DNA of 64,000 bases, from NCBI GenBank assembly GCA_965263355.1, contig CBDHHL010000033.1, forward strand, positions 1 through 64,000. Reading direction: 5' to 3'. Of the stretch, positions 49,566 to 60,613 are shown in pieces (the first letter of the stretch is position 1; each line of letters begins with the position of its first letter). This stretch comes from Leptolyngbyaceae cyanobacterium. Its GTDB lineage: Bacteria > Cyanobacteriota > Cyanobacteriia > Phormidesmidales > Phormidesmidaceae. Both the position numbers and the translations under genes were made by a program. The notes under the pieces were generated by a model. That model saw only the letters and a program-made list of their open reading frames with translations, was not told where the DNA came from and ran no database searches.

Positions 49566-51653
49566 ATGATCGCTACAGCCGCTACTTCCATCCGCTCAAC
49601 TCTTCCTAACAAGGTTGATGCCGAACTTCGTTTGGCGGTTGGATTGATTCTTTCTGCCCACGATCTTTTGGATCAAGGGCAGAGGGCTGATGCGATGTTT
49701 GGTGGTGGTGGCCGCTATGAGGCCGATGCAGTAGAAAACCGCTTTGGCACCAGCCTAAAGATGTTTAACCGTGTTCGTCATGCGTTTGAAACTATCGAGC
49801 AGTGGAGAGAAAAAGCTCCTAAAAATATTGATTTTGACGCTTTGCTCCATGAGTACGGCGAGTTTGATGTTCTTGAAGAGCCAAGAATGACAGGTCAAGG
49901 CTACCTATACCTGAATGGTTCGCTGACGCCGCCAGTTATTCCTGTCAATTAACTCCAGGCTCTGAGCAAGCTTCCAATACTGCTCGCGTAATTAAACACC
50001 GCCGGAGCCCACGACAATGATCAACCTTCCTCAGCTGCAGAGATCCTTGGACAATACAATCCTTGCCTACCAGCAAGACAAGCCGGTCACCACCAAGCGA
50101 CTACACCTACTGTCTGAAGTTCGCTTGCGGGTGACCCTAGATGGCAATATCCCTGAGCAGTACCAAGACTTGCTGACTGACAGGATGATGCAGATTCAAG
50201 CATACGCATTCAATCAGCAGCAGCACTAAATTCCATAACAAAGCCCTGGGGAGCTACCAACTACACCAGGGCCTTGCAGCTCAAACTAATAGCAATTCGA
50301 ACTAATGAAAACTTTAGCACTAGAATTCCGTCAAACTCATCCAAATCAATACCTAATCATTGACGCTGACACTCGCGTTCATGGCCATATAGGATTTGAT
50401 GCAACCTCTATGCGCTGGGAATATGCGCCATACGCTCAATCCGTAAAGGCAGTCGGCACCTTGGAGGAATGCAATGCTGCTGCTGAGGCTGACTACGAGG
50501 AGTGGCTAAACCAGTCGGTCGTCACTCATGTCTCCAGTAAATCTATGCCCGCTTATTTGGCTACCAATTCCAGCTGGCGTACTGCAGGCGATGGCTATGT
50601 GACTGAAGTGACTGTGAAGACCCGCGACAACGAAACCTACACCATCAAAACACCTAGCGAATTTGCCAGACAGTTATCCGTCGGCACTACTGTCCAGTTA
50701 TTCCCCACACAGACAGGTGTGGCCATCCGCTGGACTCGTAAACCCGTCCGTCGGACAGTCGTTGCAGCGTAGGGGGTTAGCCATGAAATACGTACAGCTG
50801 ATCGATCATGACAACTCCGATGTTGTCTGGTTGATCTGGGCCAAGGGCCATGTAAGCGCATTTGACAAAGCTCGTCGAAGGGGGGTGCCTCAATCGTTCT
50901 CCTTGGCAATGAACTTTGACCCTGAGTATCGTCCGCTGTTCAACGGCTAAGTTTCACCCATCCATAGCCGATCACCCCACTTCGGTGGTCGGCCTGTAAA
51001 CACTAAGGAATTAATCAAATGGCATTAAGCAAAAAGCAGGCTGCAGAGGTGGCCGCACGGACTAGCCTGCCTGAATGGCAAGTCCAGCAGATAGCAAAGT
51101 TCGCGAACGTCAAGCCCACAGTCAAGCAGGAGCAGAAGAAGAATGGTTAATTTAACTCAGTTTTCAGTACGCCTCACTACCTTATGTATCCTGTGGTGTG
51201 TCGTTAAGTTTGCCCAGTACTTACTTAAGTGCTGTGACCGCATCCAAGACGCCGACTCTACTGGCTGGGCCGAAATCCGGCTGCAGTGCGATATCCGGCA
51301 AATGGTTGAGGATGCTGCCAGGAAAGCTTGGGACCAGGAACGCGGTTGGGCTTGATAGAGTACTGATAAAACGTCAAATAAGAGGAAATATGAAGGACGA
51401 GGAAAAAGAATATCTATACAATGGCCGATATATTTCGCTTGAAAAGCCAAAATCGCTTAATGAAGCGCTCAATATCTTGCCTGCAGGAACCCTACTGAGT
51501 GGGGCCGTGGCAGTAAAGATCCTTTTCAATGTCACATGGCTATCCATGGCATTGTTTTTCTTGGCGATAATCCCAGCTACCTTAGGAGCACTGACCCTTG
51601 GTCTAGCTGTTGTCGTTGAAGTAGCAAGCTACCTCAAAAAACGCAGCCAATAG
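49566..51653 (+). CDS. Operon of hypothetical genes (49566-49952, 50017-50229, 50305-50772 and smaller ones)
   Basis: Same-strand ORFs ending at a terminator near 51679-51708. Confidence 0.6.
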
Positions 51654-52264
51654 CTCATAAGATTGGGTAAGCTTCGGTGACGGGGACTCTGCGGGGTCCT
51701 CGTTTTTTATTGTGGGGCCTTACCTTCTGGTTGGCGGTTGCAGGGGCTTGGGACCCTGGATAGGGTGAGGGGATCACCTGCTCCCGTCTTTCCGAGAATA
51801 TATCTCACGCATTGCACTAGATCTGGCAGAAATAATCCAAAACTTATCCACTTCGTATTTATGCGGTATTATCCCGGTCCAAAATGAATTAAAAACAGAA
51901 AACGCCTGTCCGACTGGGTATCGTACCCACACTAAATCGCATTCGTGAAGCCTGCCAGTATCTTCGGTCGAAAGGCTTTCTGGTATTGTCAGCCTTAGTT
52001 TAATAGGGCTTGCCTGTGATTCTTGCTTGATATCACAGACATAAGAATTCCCCCACGGGACATCATTGGGCGTAATTATTTTTATCTTGAAGCTTCTGGC
52101 GCTCAAAATATATCTGCTGTTTTTCTGACTTATATAAAAAGCATCAGAGGAGTCAAACGGTGCCTCAAAGTGCCTCACTAAAAACTGTATATGCATCTCA
52201 GTATTACTCATCTCCATAAATTAAATCACCGATGCCTCTAGCGGATAGATTGAGCCAATATTGA

Positions 52265-52522
52265 CTAATCTTGAAGCCCTTTCTCTATGGCTGCGATCGC
52301 CTGAACTATCTCGACGTCATCGCCAGCTTTTTCCTTTATCACTTTCAGTGCTTCAGCCATAGCCTTGCGCTTAGACTGCGACTGCCTTTTGGCAACCGCT
52401 TCCCTGACTATAGCTTCCGCCAAATTAGAAAGGCTTCGAAAATCTTCGTCGGCCCAGGCTTCTAGCTCTGACTTTAATTCTTCGTCTGCAATGAAAGATA
52501 TTCGCGACTTCTGGGTGGGCAC
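52265..52522 (-). CDS. CopG/RHH regulator
   Basis: RISFIADEELKSELEAWA...RSLSNLAEAIV. Confidence 0.85.
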   Translation of the reverse strand: MPTQKSRISFIADEELKSELEAWADEDFRSLSNLAEAIVREAVAKRQSQSKRKAMAEALKVIKEKAGDDVEIVQAIAAIEKGLQD

Positions 52523-52627
52523 TGACTCAATTGATAACGTCTAGCCAATATTAGCTTAGTGCTTCACTTATGCAATAAATCTGCTAACAGTGTTGCACTT
52601 ATGAGCACTTGTGCTAAAGTATTGACT

Positions 52628-52690
52628 ATGTTCAGGACATGTCCGAAACGTTCAGGACATGTTCAGCGGATGTTCACCCAGTGTTCATCG
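52628..52690 (+). repeat. Six ATGTTCA-like direct repeats at ~11-bp spacing
   Basis: Copies start at 52628, 52639, 52648, 52659, 52670 and 52681. Confidence 0.85.
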
Positions 52691-52731
52691 AAATCGCTAA
52701 AACACTGATTCTCTCGTTGACCTTTCTCTAA

Positions 52732-52962
52732 ATGTCCATTGACACTCTCTTGAATGTGACGCAAGCCCATGAACTCGCCACCGAATTGGTGGGCGCTGAA
52801 ATTTCAAGGACAGCGTTTTACAACTGGCGTGTTTTTTTGAATATTAGGAAGCGGTTTTACACGGTTGATGAGGTTGAGGCGATCGCGTTATTCGGTTCGT
52901 ACACTCGCAAGGGCTTGTCCAAAAGAGAAGCCCTTGCTGCATGTAAACAACAAAGTTCTTAG
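52732..52962 (+). CDS. MerR/excisionase-like HTH protein
   Basis: ISRTAFYNWR..FYTVDEVEAI. Confidence 0.65.
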   Translation: MSIDTLLNVTQAHELATELVGAEISRTAFYNWRVFLNIRKRFYTVDEVEAIALFGSYTRKGLSKREALAACKQQSS

Positions 52963-52964
52963 CT

Positions 52965-54524
52965 ATGGATAATTCAGTTTTTGACAATGCTCAGTATGCT
53001 GACGAGACTCAGCAATCAGAGACCAGTACAGCATTAGTCGCCCAAGGCGTTGCTAATGCACAGCTTCAAAATATTTCGACCACATTGCAGGACGCAGCAG
53101 CACAGAATGATTTGATTGCTGAGACGCTCGCTCCTCAGGTGCAAGATTTTTTCGCGCACGACTTGGAACGAAAGTTGCTAGGCAAATTGGACTTAAGCGG
53201 AGCGATTCAGCGCCCAAAGCTGGAGATCGTGAACATGGAGGAAGTAAAGGCGATGCTGCCGTCTGCTCCGAGTATCACGGTGCCAACCTTGCCCCAAAGC
53301 CTCTCCCCATCGGCGGCATTGTTGCCTGTGGTGGATTATTAGGGCTTAGCTGTATCGCTGGTGGTTTCATGGCGTTAGCTGGGTTTGGCAGTCTTCAGTC
53401 TCAGTGGTCTGCCGACAGAAGCCACCAGCGTTGGCTAGCTGAGCGAGAGCGAAAAACAGAGCGAGCTATTAAAGGCATTGATGCTCAAGGCTCAATCGCT
53501 CAAACCTATGCCGATAACAATCAAGCGCAGTACAATGCCTTGGTCATTGAGGGGTATGTGTGCAGCGACTTAACTCCTCCGAGGTTTGATATTCAAGGGC
53601 AGTCAATGGTAGATGACTACGTCAAGGTTTTTGACCAAAATCGGCTAATCATTGGCACGCTGCATCCGCTCAATATTCACCCTAACGGGTACTTCCAGTT
53701 CCATCCTGTTTGTAGTAACGAAAATGACAGCATCCAGACCAATTAAAGATGACAACATTTGGGTAGCCGTTGGGGCAGCTCCTTTTAGAGCCGCTACTCG
53801 TAGCTACCGCTATTTATCTAGCGTGCCAGGTTTTGGCCTGGTAGCGCATGTGGCGACTACCTACTGTGCTCTTTTGTCTATTGAAAGTGTCATGGTAGCT
53901 GTGCCTGTCAATCACCCTCAGCGCTCTGAATTCACGACCAAGGCTGAATACAAAGAAGTTGTTGAAGCCGTTAGGCGGACACGACGGTTTGTCCCTAAGT
54001 TTGCAGTGAATGATGGAGCCGATATTAGGCGGTTACTGCCCATCGCTAATCTTCATAATCTGCTGGTTAACGAAGTCACAAAAGACTGGGAGTGGATGCC
54101 TGATTTCATAAGAGAAAGGGCAAAATCTGAGTTCTGGACAGTTTGGAGTAACCCCGCTTTATTTGTTCTTGCGGCTAGTACTGCCATTATGATCCAGCGG
54201 TTTGAGGCTGTTTTCATAAGAAAGAAATCAGCGGAGATCACCAAAGCTCAGTTCGAAAAAGCTAATTCCATGAAGAAGGTTGAGGCTGACCCTAGAGCGA
54301 TCGCTCTAGCAGCTATCCGAGCAGAGGAGCATAACCGGCAAGGGATGGGTGAAGTAGGCGTTGGTTATGCTGGTATTTGCTTGCTGTACATCGTTGAATT
54401 CGGCGCTTTTTTGGGCTCTTTCTCAGGTGCGGGCAGCTTTATCGTTAATACGATTTATGCGTTGCTAACTGTGTTTGGGTTTGAGTTGTTTGATCGCTTC
54501 ACCGGGGACGAGGTTGAGGAATAA
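52965..54524 (+). CDS. Three co-transcribed proteins, two with predicted membrane segments (52965-53342, 53369-53746, ~53724-54524)
   Basis: Hydrophobic helices; overlapping starts and stops. Confidence 0.65.
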
Positions 54525-54528
54525 ATGA

Positions 54529-55947
54529 TTGTCTAGAAAGCTAGCTATGTCGTATCGAAACAGATTCATCATTCAGGCCAAAAGCCTCAGGAATAAAGCG
54601 TCTCAGACAAGGCAGTTGGCCCAACTGGGAAAAGCAAGCGGATTGACAACCATAGCTGTGGGTGCGGCTGGGTTGCTAGGGTCTGCTGCAGCTGCTGTTC
54701 CTTTGGCTGTAGGCGCTGTCACTTATGCCGCCTGCATGGTGTGCGAATCGTCTAGGACAAAGCGCTTCATGCCGTTGCCCTGGAATAACTGGGATGCTTT
54801 GAGATCTGCTAATAGTCATGCTGGCATTTCAACGGGATATCCAGAGCTAGGGGTTCAAGCTCACCATTATCTAAGCCAAGAAGATAAGGCTCGATTTTAC
54901 CTGACAAATTATCAGGGCCATATGTTGACAGCATTGGCTGAACAGGTAGGGCCTCAAGAGTTCAACCACATCACTATCAACATGGTTGACACCTTGATTG
55001 GCGTAGCTGGGAGATGGCTGAATTACCCAGAGTTGATGTCTGAGGCAGCTGGAACGGACTTGTTAGAGATTGCTGCCTCAGCGATTCCCGACGCAGCACC
55101 CGCTATCCCCAAACGTCGTCCAAAGAAAATGCCCAAGTCAGTCAGGACAATCCCTGCCAAGGTAGAGCCTGTATCCACACCTAATGCTGATCAATTTGAA
55201 GAAGACCCATGGCTAGAACCACTAGAACCAGTCGCTGCAACGAAAGCATCCAGCAGGCGCGCTTCAGCTCAAGAATTGATCATTGCTAGGCCGTACGTTT
55301 CTAGAGCTTTTTATGGCGCTCAACGATCTGGAAAAACATGGCTAGCTGCTGTTTGCTCTGCGGAGTTAGCAGCATCCGATCTTAAAACAAAGACTTTTTA
55401 TATAAATCTTTGTCATGCCGAGGCAGATTCATTGGATATATGGAGCCATGCCAAAAAGGTAATTGCTGACTTGTCTGTCTGTGATGCATATACGGCTGAA
55501 GACGCTATTGAAGATTCACTAGAGCTAATCGACGAGGCTATGAAAAGCCCTCACAGCTTATTGATTGTGGATGAGTTTATTTATACAGCATCTACAACTA
55601 ATCAATACGCTGAACAGATGAAGCCATTGGTCACTAAGCTGGCCGACAAAATCACTACACTGTCTAGTGCCGGGACTAAACGAAAGCAGGCGATATACAC
55701 CATCGCCCCTAACATTGTCGCTAGCCGGTTGTCTAATGATGGGAAGGCTGTTAAGTCGCTTGAACCCACGTTAGTTGGCATTGCGCCTGGATACAGTATT
55801 GACGTGGATGGCCATGCTGTGATCTGGAGTGACGAAGTGTTCACGCAGGTCTACGACAATTACAAAGGGGTTCAACACCCTGGTGATAAAGATTATCTTT
55901 CAGAGCGCATTGCTTGGGTGAACAATAAGTGGAGGCCAGTGTCGTAA
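54529..55947 (+). CDS. Membrane-anchored FtsK/HerA-like P-loop ATPase
   Basis: N-terminal hydrophobic hairpin, Pro-rich linker, GAQRSGKT Walker A, LLIVDE Walker B. Confidence 0.75.
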   Translation: MSRKLAMSYRNRFIIQAKSLRNKASQTRQLAQLGKASGLTTIAVGAAGLLGSAAAAVPLAVGAVTYAACMVCESSRTKRFMPLPWNNWDALRSANSHAGISTGYPELGVQAHHYLSQEDKARFYLTNYQGHMLTALAEQVGPQEFNHITINMVDTLIGVAGRWLNYPELMSEAAGTDLLEIAASAIPDAAPAIPKRRPKKMPKSVRTIPAKVEPVSTPNADQFEEDPWLEPLEPVAATKASSRRASAQELIIARPYVSRAFYGAQRSGKTWLAAVCSAELAASDLKTKTFYINLCHAEADSLDIWSHAKKVIADLSVCDAYTAEDAIEDSLELIDEAMKSPHSLLIVDEFIYTASTTNQYAEQMKPLVTKLADKITTLSSAGTKRKQAIYTIAPNIVASRLSNDGKAVKSLEPTLVGIAPGYSIDVDGHAVIWSDEVFTQVYDNYKGVQHPGDKDYLSERIAWVNNKWRPVS

Positions 55948-56509
55948 TGGCGGTCAAGGCAATAAGCCCATGGGGATGGATAAGCGAGATCAGGTTGAGT
56001 TAATGAAGCGTATGCGAGGCGATGATTCAAATGGATATTCTGTTATTTGGTTTAATAGCCATGGCTATCATGGCAATAGAAAATATCTTCACTTCTGACG
56101 CTAGCAGAAAGCAAAATAAAAAAATTGCTTTCTTGCAAGAAGAAATTGACGAACTAAATAAACAAGTGAACATCCTCAAAAATCAAACCAAACGATTGGA
56201 AACTTTAGAGGAGATTGTAATTGATCGTGAAACGCTATAGAAAATGATCGAAATCGCAGACGCAACAGATAATGAGGTCTATTATCCCTGTGGTTATTTT
56301 GAGTCTTTAGAAGAAGCAAATGCTGCCATAGACTCTTATTTTCAAAAGCACGGCATACCACCGAATTTTGAGGTCACAGACGGATTCGTGATCAAGCTTG
56401 AACTAAGGGAATTGCCCATTGGTTTGACGACTTCAAGAAGCGTAGTTTCTCGACGCATTTGGACGGAAGAGTACGATTCAGAAAAAGATATCTATTACTG
56501 GGCTGAGCA

Positions 56510-56893
56510 ATGATTCTATTCTGGCCATCGGTGCCACTAAGAAAACGTGCCAGGCTCCCCAGTAAGCCTGGGCTCTATGCCGTACGTTGGCTTTTTATTA
56601 CTTGGTACGTTGGCAAGTCGGTGAATCTGAGGAACCGCTGGGAGAATCACCACCGATACCCCCAGGTAAAACGACTACCCTGGTGTAGGATTGCGTACTG
56701 CACTATGCACAAAGATGCAATCCATGGCGCAGAAAGGAGACTGATCCGGCTCAACAAACGGCCATGGACTTGGAATGATACGCGAGTGCCTAGCAAGCTG
56801 GAACTATGGCGAGGTGATGCGATTCGGGCAATACTGTCTTGGGTTTGTCTTATGGGATTGGGTTTGTTGGCTGTTGAGTTACTGGGAGGATAG
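56510..56893 (+). CDS. GIY-YIG-like protein with C-terminal hydrophobic tail
   Basis: PGLYAV..YVGKSVNLRNRW..H..AE. Confidence 0.8.
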   Translation: MILFWPSVPLRKRARLPSKPGLYAVRWLFITWYVGKSVNLRNRWENHHRYPQVKRLPWCRIAYCTMHKDAIHGAERRLIRLNKRPWTWNDTRVPSKLELWRGDAIRAILSWVCLMGLGLLAVELLGG

Positions 56894-56987
56894 AATAGTC
56901 TCGTCACTAATTTTGGAGCATCCCACAGAGTCTTTGACCGACTGGGCGACTTCTTCCTCTGGTGGCAGTAGAGATATAGTACTAACT

Positions 56988-57088
56988 TAGCCAGCGCCAA
57001 TGCTGGCTTTTTTGTTAGAATGGCCTTGTTATCTCCGAAACAAATACTCCTGTGTTCTCCCCGTCCCGACCGACGGGGTTCTTTTTTG
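56988..57088 (+). terminator. Two consecutive intrinsic terminators
   Basis: AGCCAGC..GCTGGCT plus T tract; CCCCGTC..GACGGGG plus T tract. Confidence 0.7.
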
Positions 57089-58339
57089 CGCGTATGGACG
57101 TATTGACACTATCGCCTGAGCAAATTGTTATCCTTGAGGTGAACCTTCAGAGTTTTAGGCACCATGGAAAATACCTCTTTTTTCACAGACCACCTAGCCA
57201 CCTGGCTGGGCAATGATATTGTCCTACTAGCCTTAGGCTTGCTGTACAGCTACACCCAAACGACACGACCAGGCCGCGTGGTTTCTGACCTCGTCGAAGA
57301 GATCAAGGAAAACTCCCAGTCCACTGAAGCGAACATGCTAAAAGAGCTGATCAAAAACTCATGAAGATCGACAACCTTATCAAGCAGGTCGGATTCGGCC
57401 TACTAACTGAGGCCGTCAAACAGCCCACAGTGCAGGACGTCGATATTGACACTGCTAAAGGGCTAAACCAATGGGCTAAGGATACGCTTAGGGTGGGTGA
57501 AGATAATCTACCATTCCCGTTCATCCATAGCGGGAACAAATCACTAGGGGGCAACTGGGATATCCCCGCTGACAGTTGGGGCATTGTTTTTCCGCTGCAG
57601 CGTCAGTTCTGGTTGCATCATGGGGGCAACTCCTACAGGGTTATTAATGGCCGGACTCAGCCCATGGGCTTTTAGGATAAGATCGAGCAGTAATTTACAC
57701 GAATTTAGTTTGTGTGAATGGGAACTTCTTTCAACCCTCGGCTACGGCTGGGGGTTTTATTTTGGCAACGATGCGAACCAAAGACCGTCACTCATTCAGG
57801 TGGCGGTTTTATTGGAAGAGCCCTCTTCCAACCGCAAGTTAAACTGTGCTAGGGTGGGTCTAACCTCTAGAAGATAAAGACCAATGCCAAGAAAAAAAAT
57901 AGGCGTCGCCCAGTGGGGGTGTTCGCTGCCAGAAGAAGCCAGAGAAAGTCTCAAGGAAGTACTCAGAAACCTTGACTGCCTATACAATGGGCAGCCAAGT
58001 CTAGGAGTTTTCTTGACGAAAATATGGAGAGGGGAACTAGTCATATCAAAAAAAATTGAGATTCCCCTTGACGGCAATAACCTCTAAAGGTTATTGTTAA
58101 AACAGTTAAGGCAAAGGAGCCGAAGAAAGATGGAAATGTTCACTTTAGAAGACCAAATCAGCTATCAGCTTAATGAAATTCTTGAGGCCGCATCAGAAAA
58201 TAGTGTTTTGCCTCAATTTATTGAATGGGAAGGTAATGGTCGCAAATATAAAATGCCAAACGGCAGCTTCTCTTTGTTGGTAACAACAGAAAACGAGGTG
58301 GAAGGAATTGCTTCGCATTTTTGGACTAAAGCGACTAAC

Positions 58340-59242
58340 CTAGATGCTTAATCTCATGTTCCCAGCCTCGTCCCAAACGCCAGAGTAACTATGATTTCCC
58401 TGGTGGTCGCGGGAACTCTGCTCACAAATATTCCACAACCATAAATCAGCGCCATGATGTTCGCATTTGGCGCTGATTTCTCTATATATCTGTATTTGCG
58501 CTTTTCTGATAATAGGCAGGTCCACTGTAGACAATGCCGACGTCTCAAGCGCGACCTTAAGCCCAGCTCTTTGCAGTTCTCGCCAGAATGGGGGGAGATA
58601 ATTTAGCCGCATTAGCGAAACTGACCCCATGGCTGATATCTTCATCCACTGCACAGGGCCAACCTGCTTAGGAATTTCAGACTTTGTTCGATACAGGCTA
58701 ATATAATCAGCCCCGATAAATCCTGATACGATGCCCTGTAGGTCTTCCAGTCGAGTTAGGATACTATCGCGATCGCTTTGCTGACGCATTCTATGCGATG
58801 AAATCCAAAGTTCTAATTCAGGATATTCCGCATGGATGGATTTATAAAATTGAACTATTTCTGTCCAAAGATCGGTGTCACCACATAGGGTTAGCTCGCC
58901 TGCCAAGGTTATTTTTTTTATTCCTCGGCTGACACAGTGATTAACGATTGGTCTGGCTAGGTTGTTGACATGACCTTTTAAGGCTAAAGAATCTCGGCCT
59001 TTTAGCTCAGGATAACGGCAGATGACTGGGTGGATGTGAATAGCTAAGCCCGTAGCCTGATCAAGTTGTTTGTCAAGCTCACTGAAGTCTGGGTTAGCGC
59101 CAAAAGTACCTACACTGTCTTCTGACACAGTAAGGCCATAGATCTTTCTGAAATTAGCCGCGATCACAGGCTTGATGCCATTTTTTCTGATCACATTTTG
59201 AGTGGTCAGTTTGTTAGGCGGGAATTGAGAATAAAGTTTCAT
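58340..59242 (-). CDS. Possible GH10-like TIM-barrel protein
   Basis: Weak motif resemblance (IHIHPV, AGE, VALET, WLWN..SGVWD); last gene of the tail operon. Confidence 0.35.
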   Translation of the reverse strand: MKLYSQFPPNKLTTQNVIRKNGIKPVIAANFRKIYGLTVSEDSVGTFGANPDFSELDKQLDQATGLAIHIHPVICRYPELKGRDSLALKGHVNNLARPIVNHCVSRGIKKITLAGELTLCGDTDLWTEIVQFYKSIHAEYPELELWISSHRMRQQSDRDSILTRLEDLQGIVSGFIGADYISLYRTKSEIPKQVGPVQWMKISAMGSVSLMRLNYLPPFWRELQRAGLKVALETSALSTVDLPIIRKAQIQIYREISAKCEHHGADLWLWNICEQSSRDHQGNHSYSGVWDEAGNMRLSI

Positions 59243-59245
59243 AAT

Positions 59246-60238
59246 TTAGGGCGGCAGTGGTGAGCAAAGATTCCCGTTAAATCCTTCGTCGTCATCGCAT
59301 TGACTATTAAAGAATTCATCCGGACAATTCGGGCAACAAGACACTAACAGCCAATCTGATTGTGTTTCCGACCAAATATAGTCACAGGGAGACGTAACGC
59401 CTCCCACAACCTCATAAGTGGTAACGCGATCTCCCCTAATAAAAGAGTTCGGATCAGATGACGGAACGCCCTGGAAAAAATTCTTTGAACCGGAAGCCCG
59501 CCAAGTAGTATTGGCCAAGTCATACGTCCACAAGCGATCAACCACAGTATCGTGATGCCCTTCCCCATCAACAGTGCCTGGGGGAGCTGGCGTAGTCGGC
59601 GGGCCAGCAACGTAATTAATGGGTGCGCCGCCACCACCACTAATAGTCCGCCACACATCAGCAGCCTGGTCGTAAATAGATAAAGAATTATCAGTCGTGT
59701 TGTAGTGCAGCTGCCCGTTTACTGTCCCTGACGTGATCGGGCCATTGGGCTCAAACGCGACAACTACGCCGCCAGATGCTAACTTTACAAACTGGCCTAA
59801 CTTTTGTATCCAAACATAAGCATTGGCTTCGTTATAGTTGCCTTGAATGCCAGTTTGCTCTAACCATAGATCTCCGTTGGCCCCAAAATCACTGCCCTGA
59901 GTAGGCGGCCTGAGAGGATATCTGACTTGCGGTTGAGTTTGACTGACAGGCTGGTTAATCGTTTCTGTGCTGCTTCCTAATAGCTCTAACTGCCCCCCGG
60001 TCGATAACTGCCGAGACTGCCCGATCGCTGGTTGCCGTGAAAGTTTCTGAACAGTGGACCTAGGGACTGTGAGAGAACCGCCTGATTCTGTTCTAAGTGT
60101 GATGCCCTCGGCACTACTGCCCGACACCGTGCCAGTAATAGTTGCAGCGCCGATTCTCGCCTCAACCATTTGTGCTTGAAGGCGTTGAGTCGTGCGTTGC
60201 TTATTCCGGCTGGCTAGTCTTTGGGTTAGGGCAGTCAC
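59246..60238 (-). CDS. Tail fibre/spike-like protein
   Basis: Repeated G.LHYNT....YD....WR fibre modules; GGGG linker; Cys-rich C-terminus. Confidence 0.65.
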   Translation of the reverse strand: MTALTQRLASRNKQRTTQRLQAQMVEARIGAATITGTVSGSSAEGITLRTESGGSLTVPRSTVQKLSRQPAIGQSRQLSTGGQLELLGSSTETINQPVSQTQPQVRYPLRPPTQGSDFGANGDLWLEQTGIQGNYNEANAYVWIQKLGQFVKLASGGVVVAFEPNGPITSGTVNGQLHYNTTDNSLSIYDQAADVWRTISGGGGAPINYVAGPPTTPAPPGTVDGEGHHDTVVDRLWTYDLANTTWRASGSKNFFQGVPSSDPNSFIRGDRVTTYEVVGGVTSPCDYIWSETQSDWLLVSCCPNCPDEFFNSQCDDDEGFNGNLCSPLPP

Positions 60239-60603
60239 AGCTGAGTGAGGGTTGAAGCTAAAGTAAAGGATTGACCAGTCGTTACAGATACACTTGATGG
60301 CAGAGCTAGCGGACCCCAGATAACCGTGCCTGTTCGGTCAACTCCACGGGCATGAGTAGCAGTTCCGTTCGCCAATCCTGTCCCGGTCACTGGGCTATTG
60401 GTCAAACCCGTAGCCCCAGCTGTAATGCTGCCGACAGCATAGGGATTTGTTAGGTCCAGGTCAAACTGAATTAGTGTTGTTGCAAAGCCAACCCCGTCGC
60501 CATATTCCCATCTAGGGGGCTGACTGGAACCATTGGCTAAATCGTTTGACGCGGCTATAACTTGCGCTTCTTTTGCTGAATCAGAAAGTGGAATTGAAAC
60601 CAT
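60235..60603 (-). CDS. Small tail-associated protein
   Basis: GTATHAR..SVTTGQSFTL; position. Confidence 0.6.
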   Translation of the reverse strand: MVSIPLSDSAKEAQVIAASNDLANGSSQPPRWEYGDGVGFATTLIQFDLDLTNPYAVGSITAGATGLTNSPVTGTGLANGTATHARGVDRTGTVIWGPLALPSSVSVTTGQSFTLASTLTQL

Positions 60604-60613
60604 TTTTGCCTCC

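Noticed and set aside
56510..56893. Intron-associated homing endonuclease
   Set aside because: Short, free-standing, ends in a hydrophobic helix; no interrupted gene nearby
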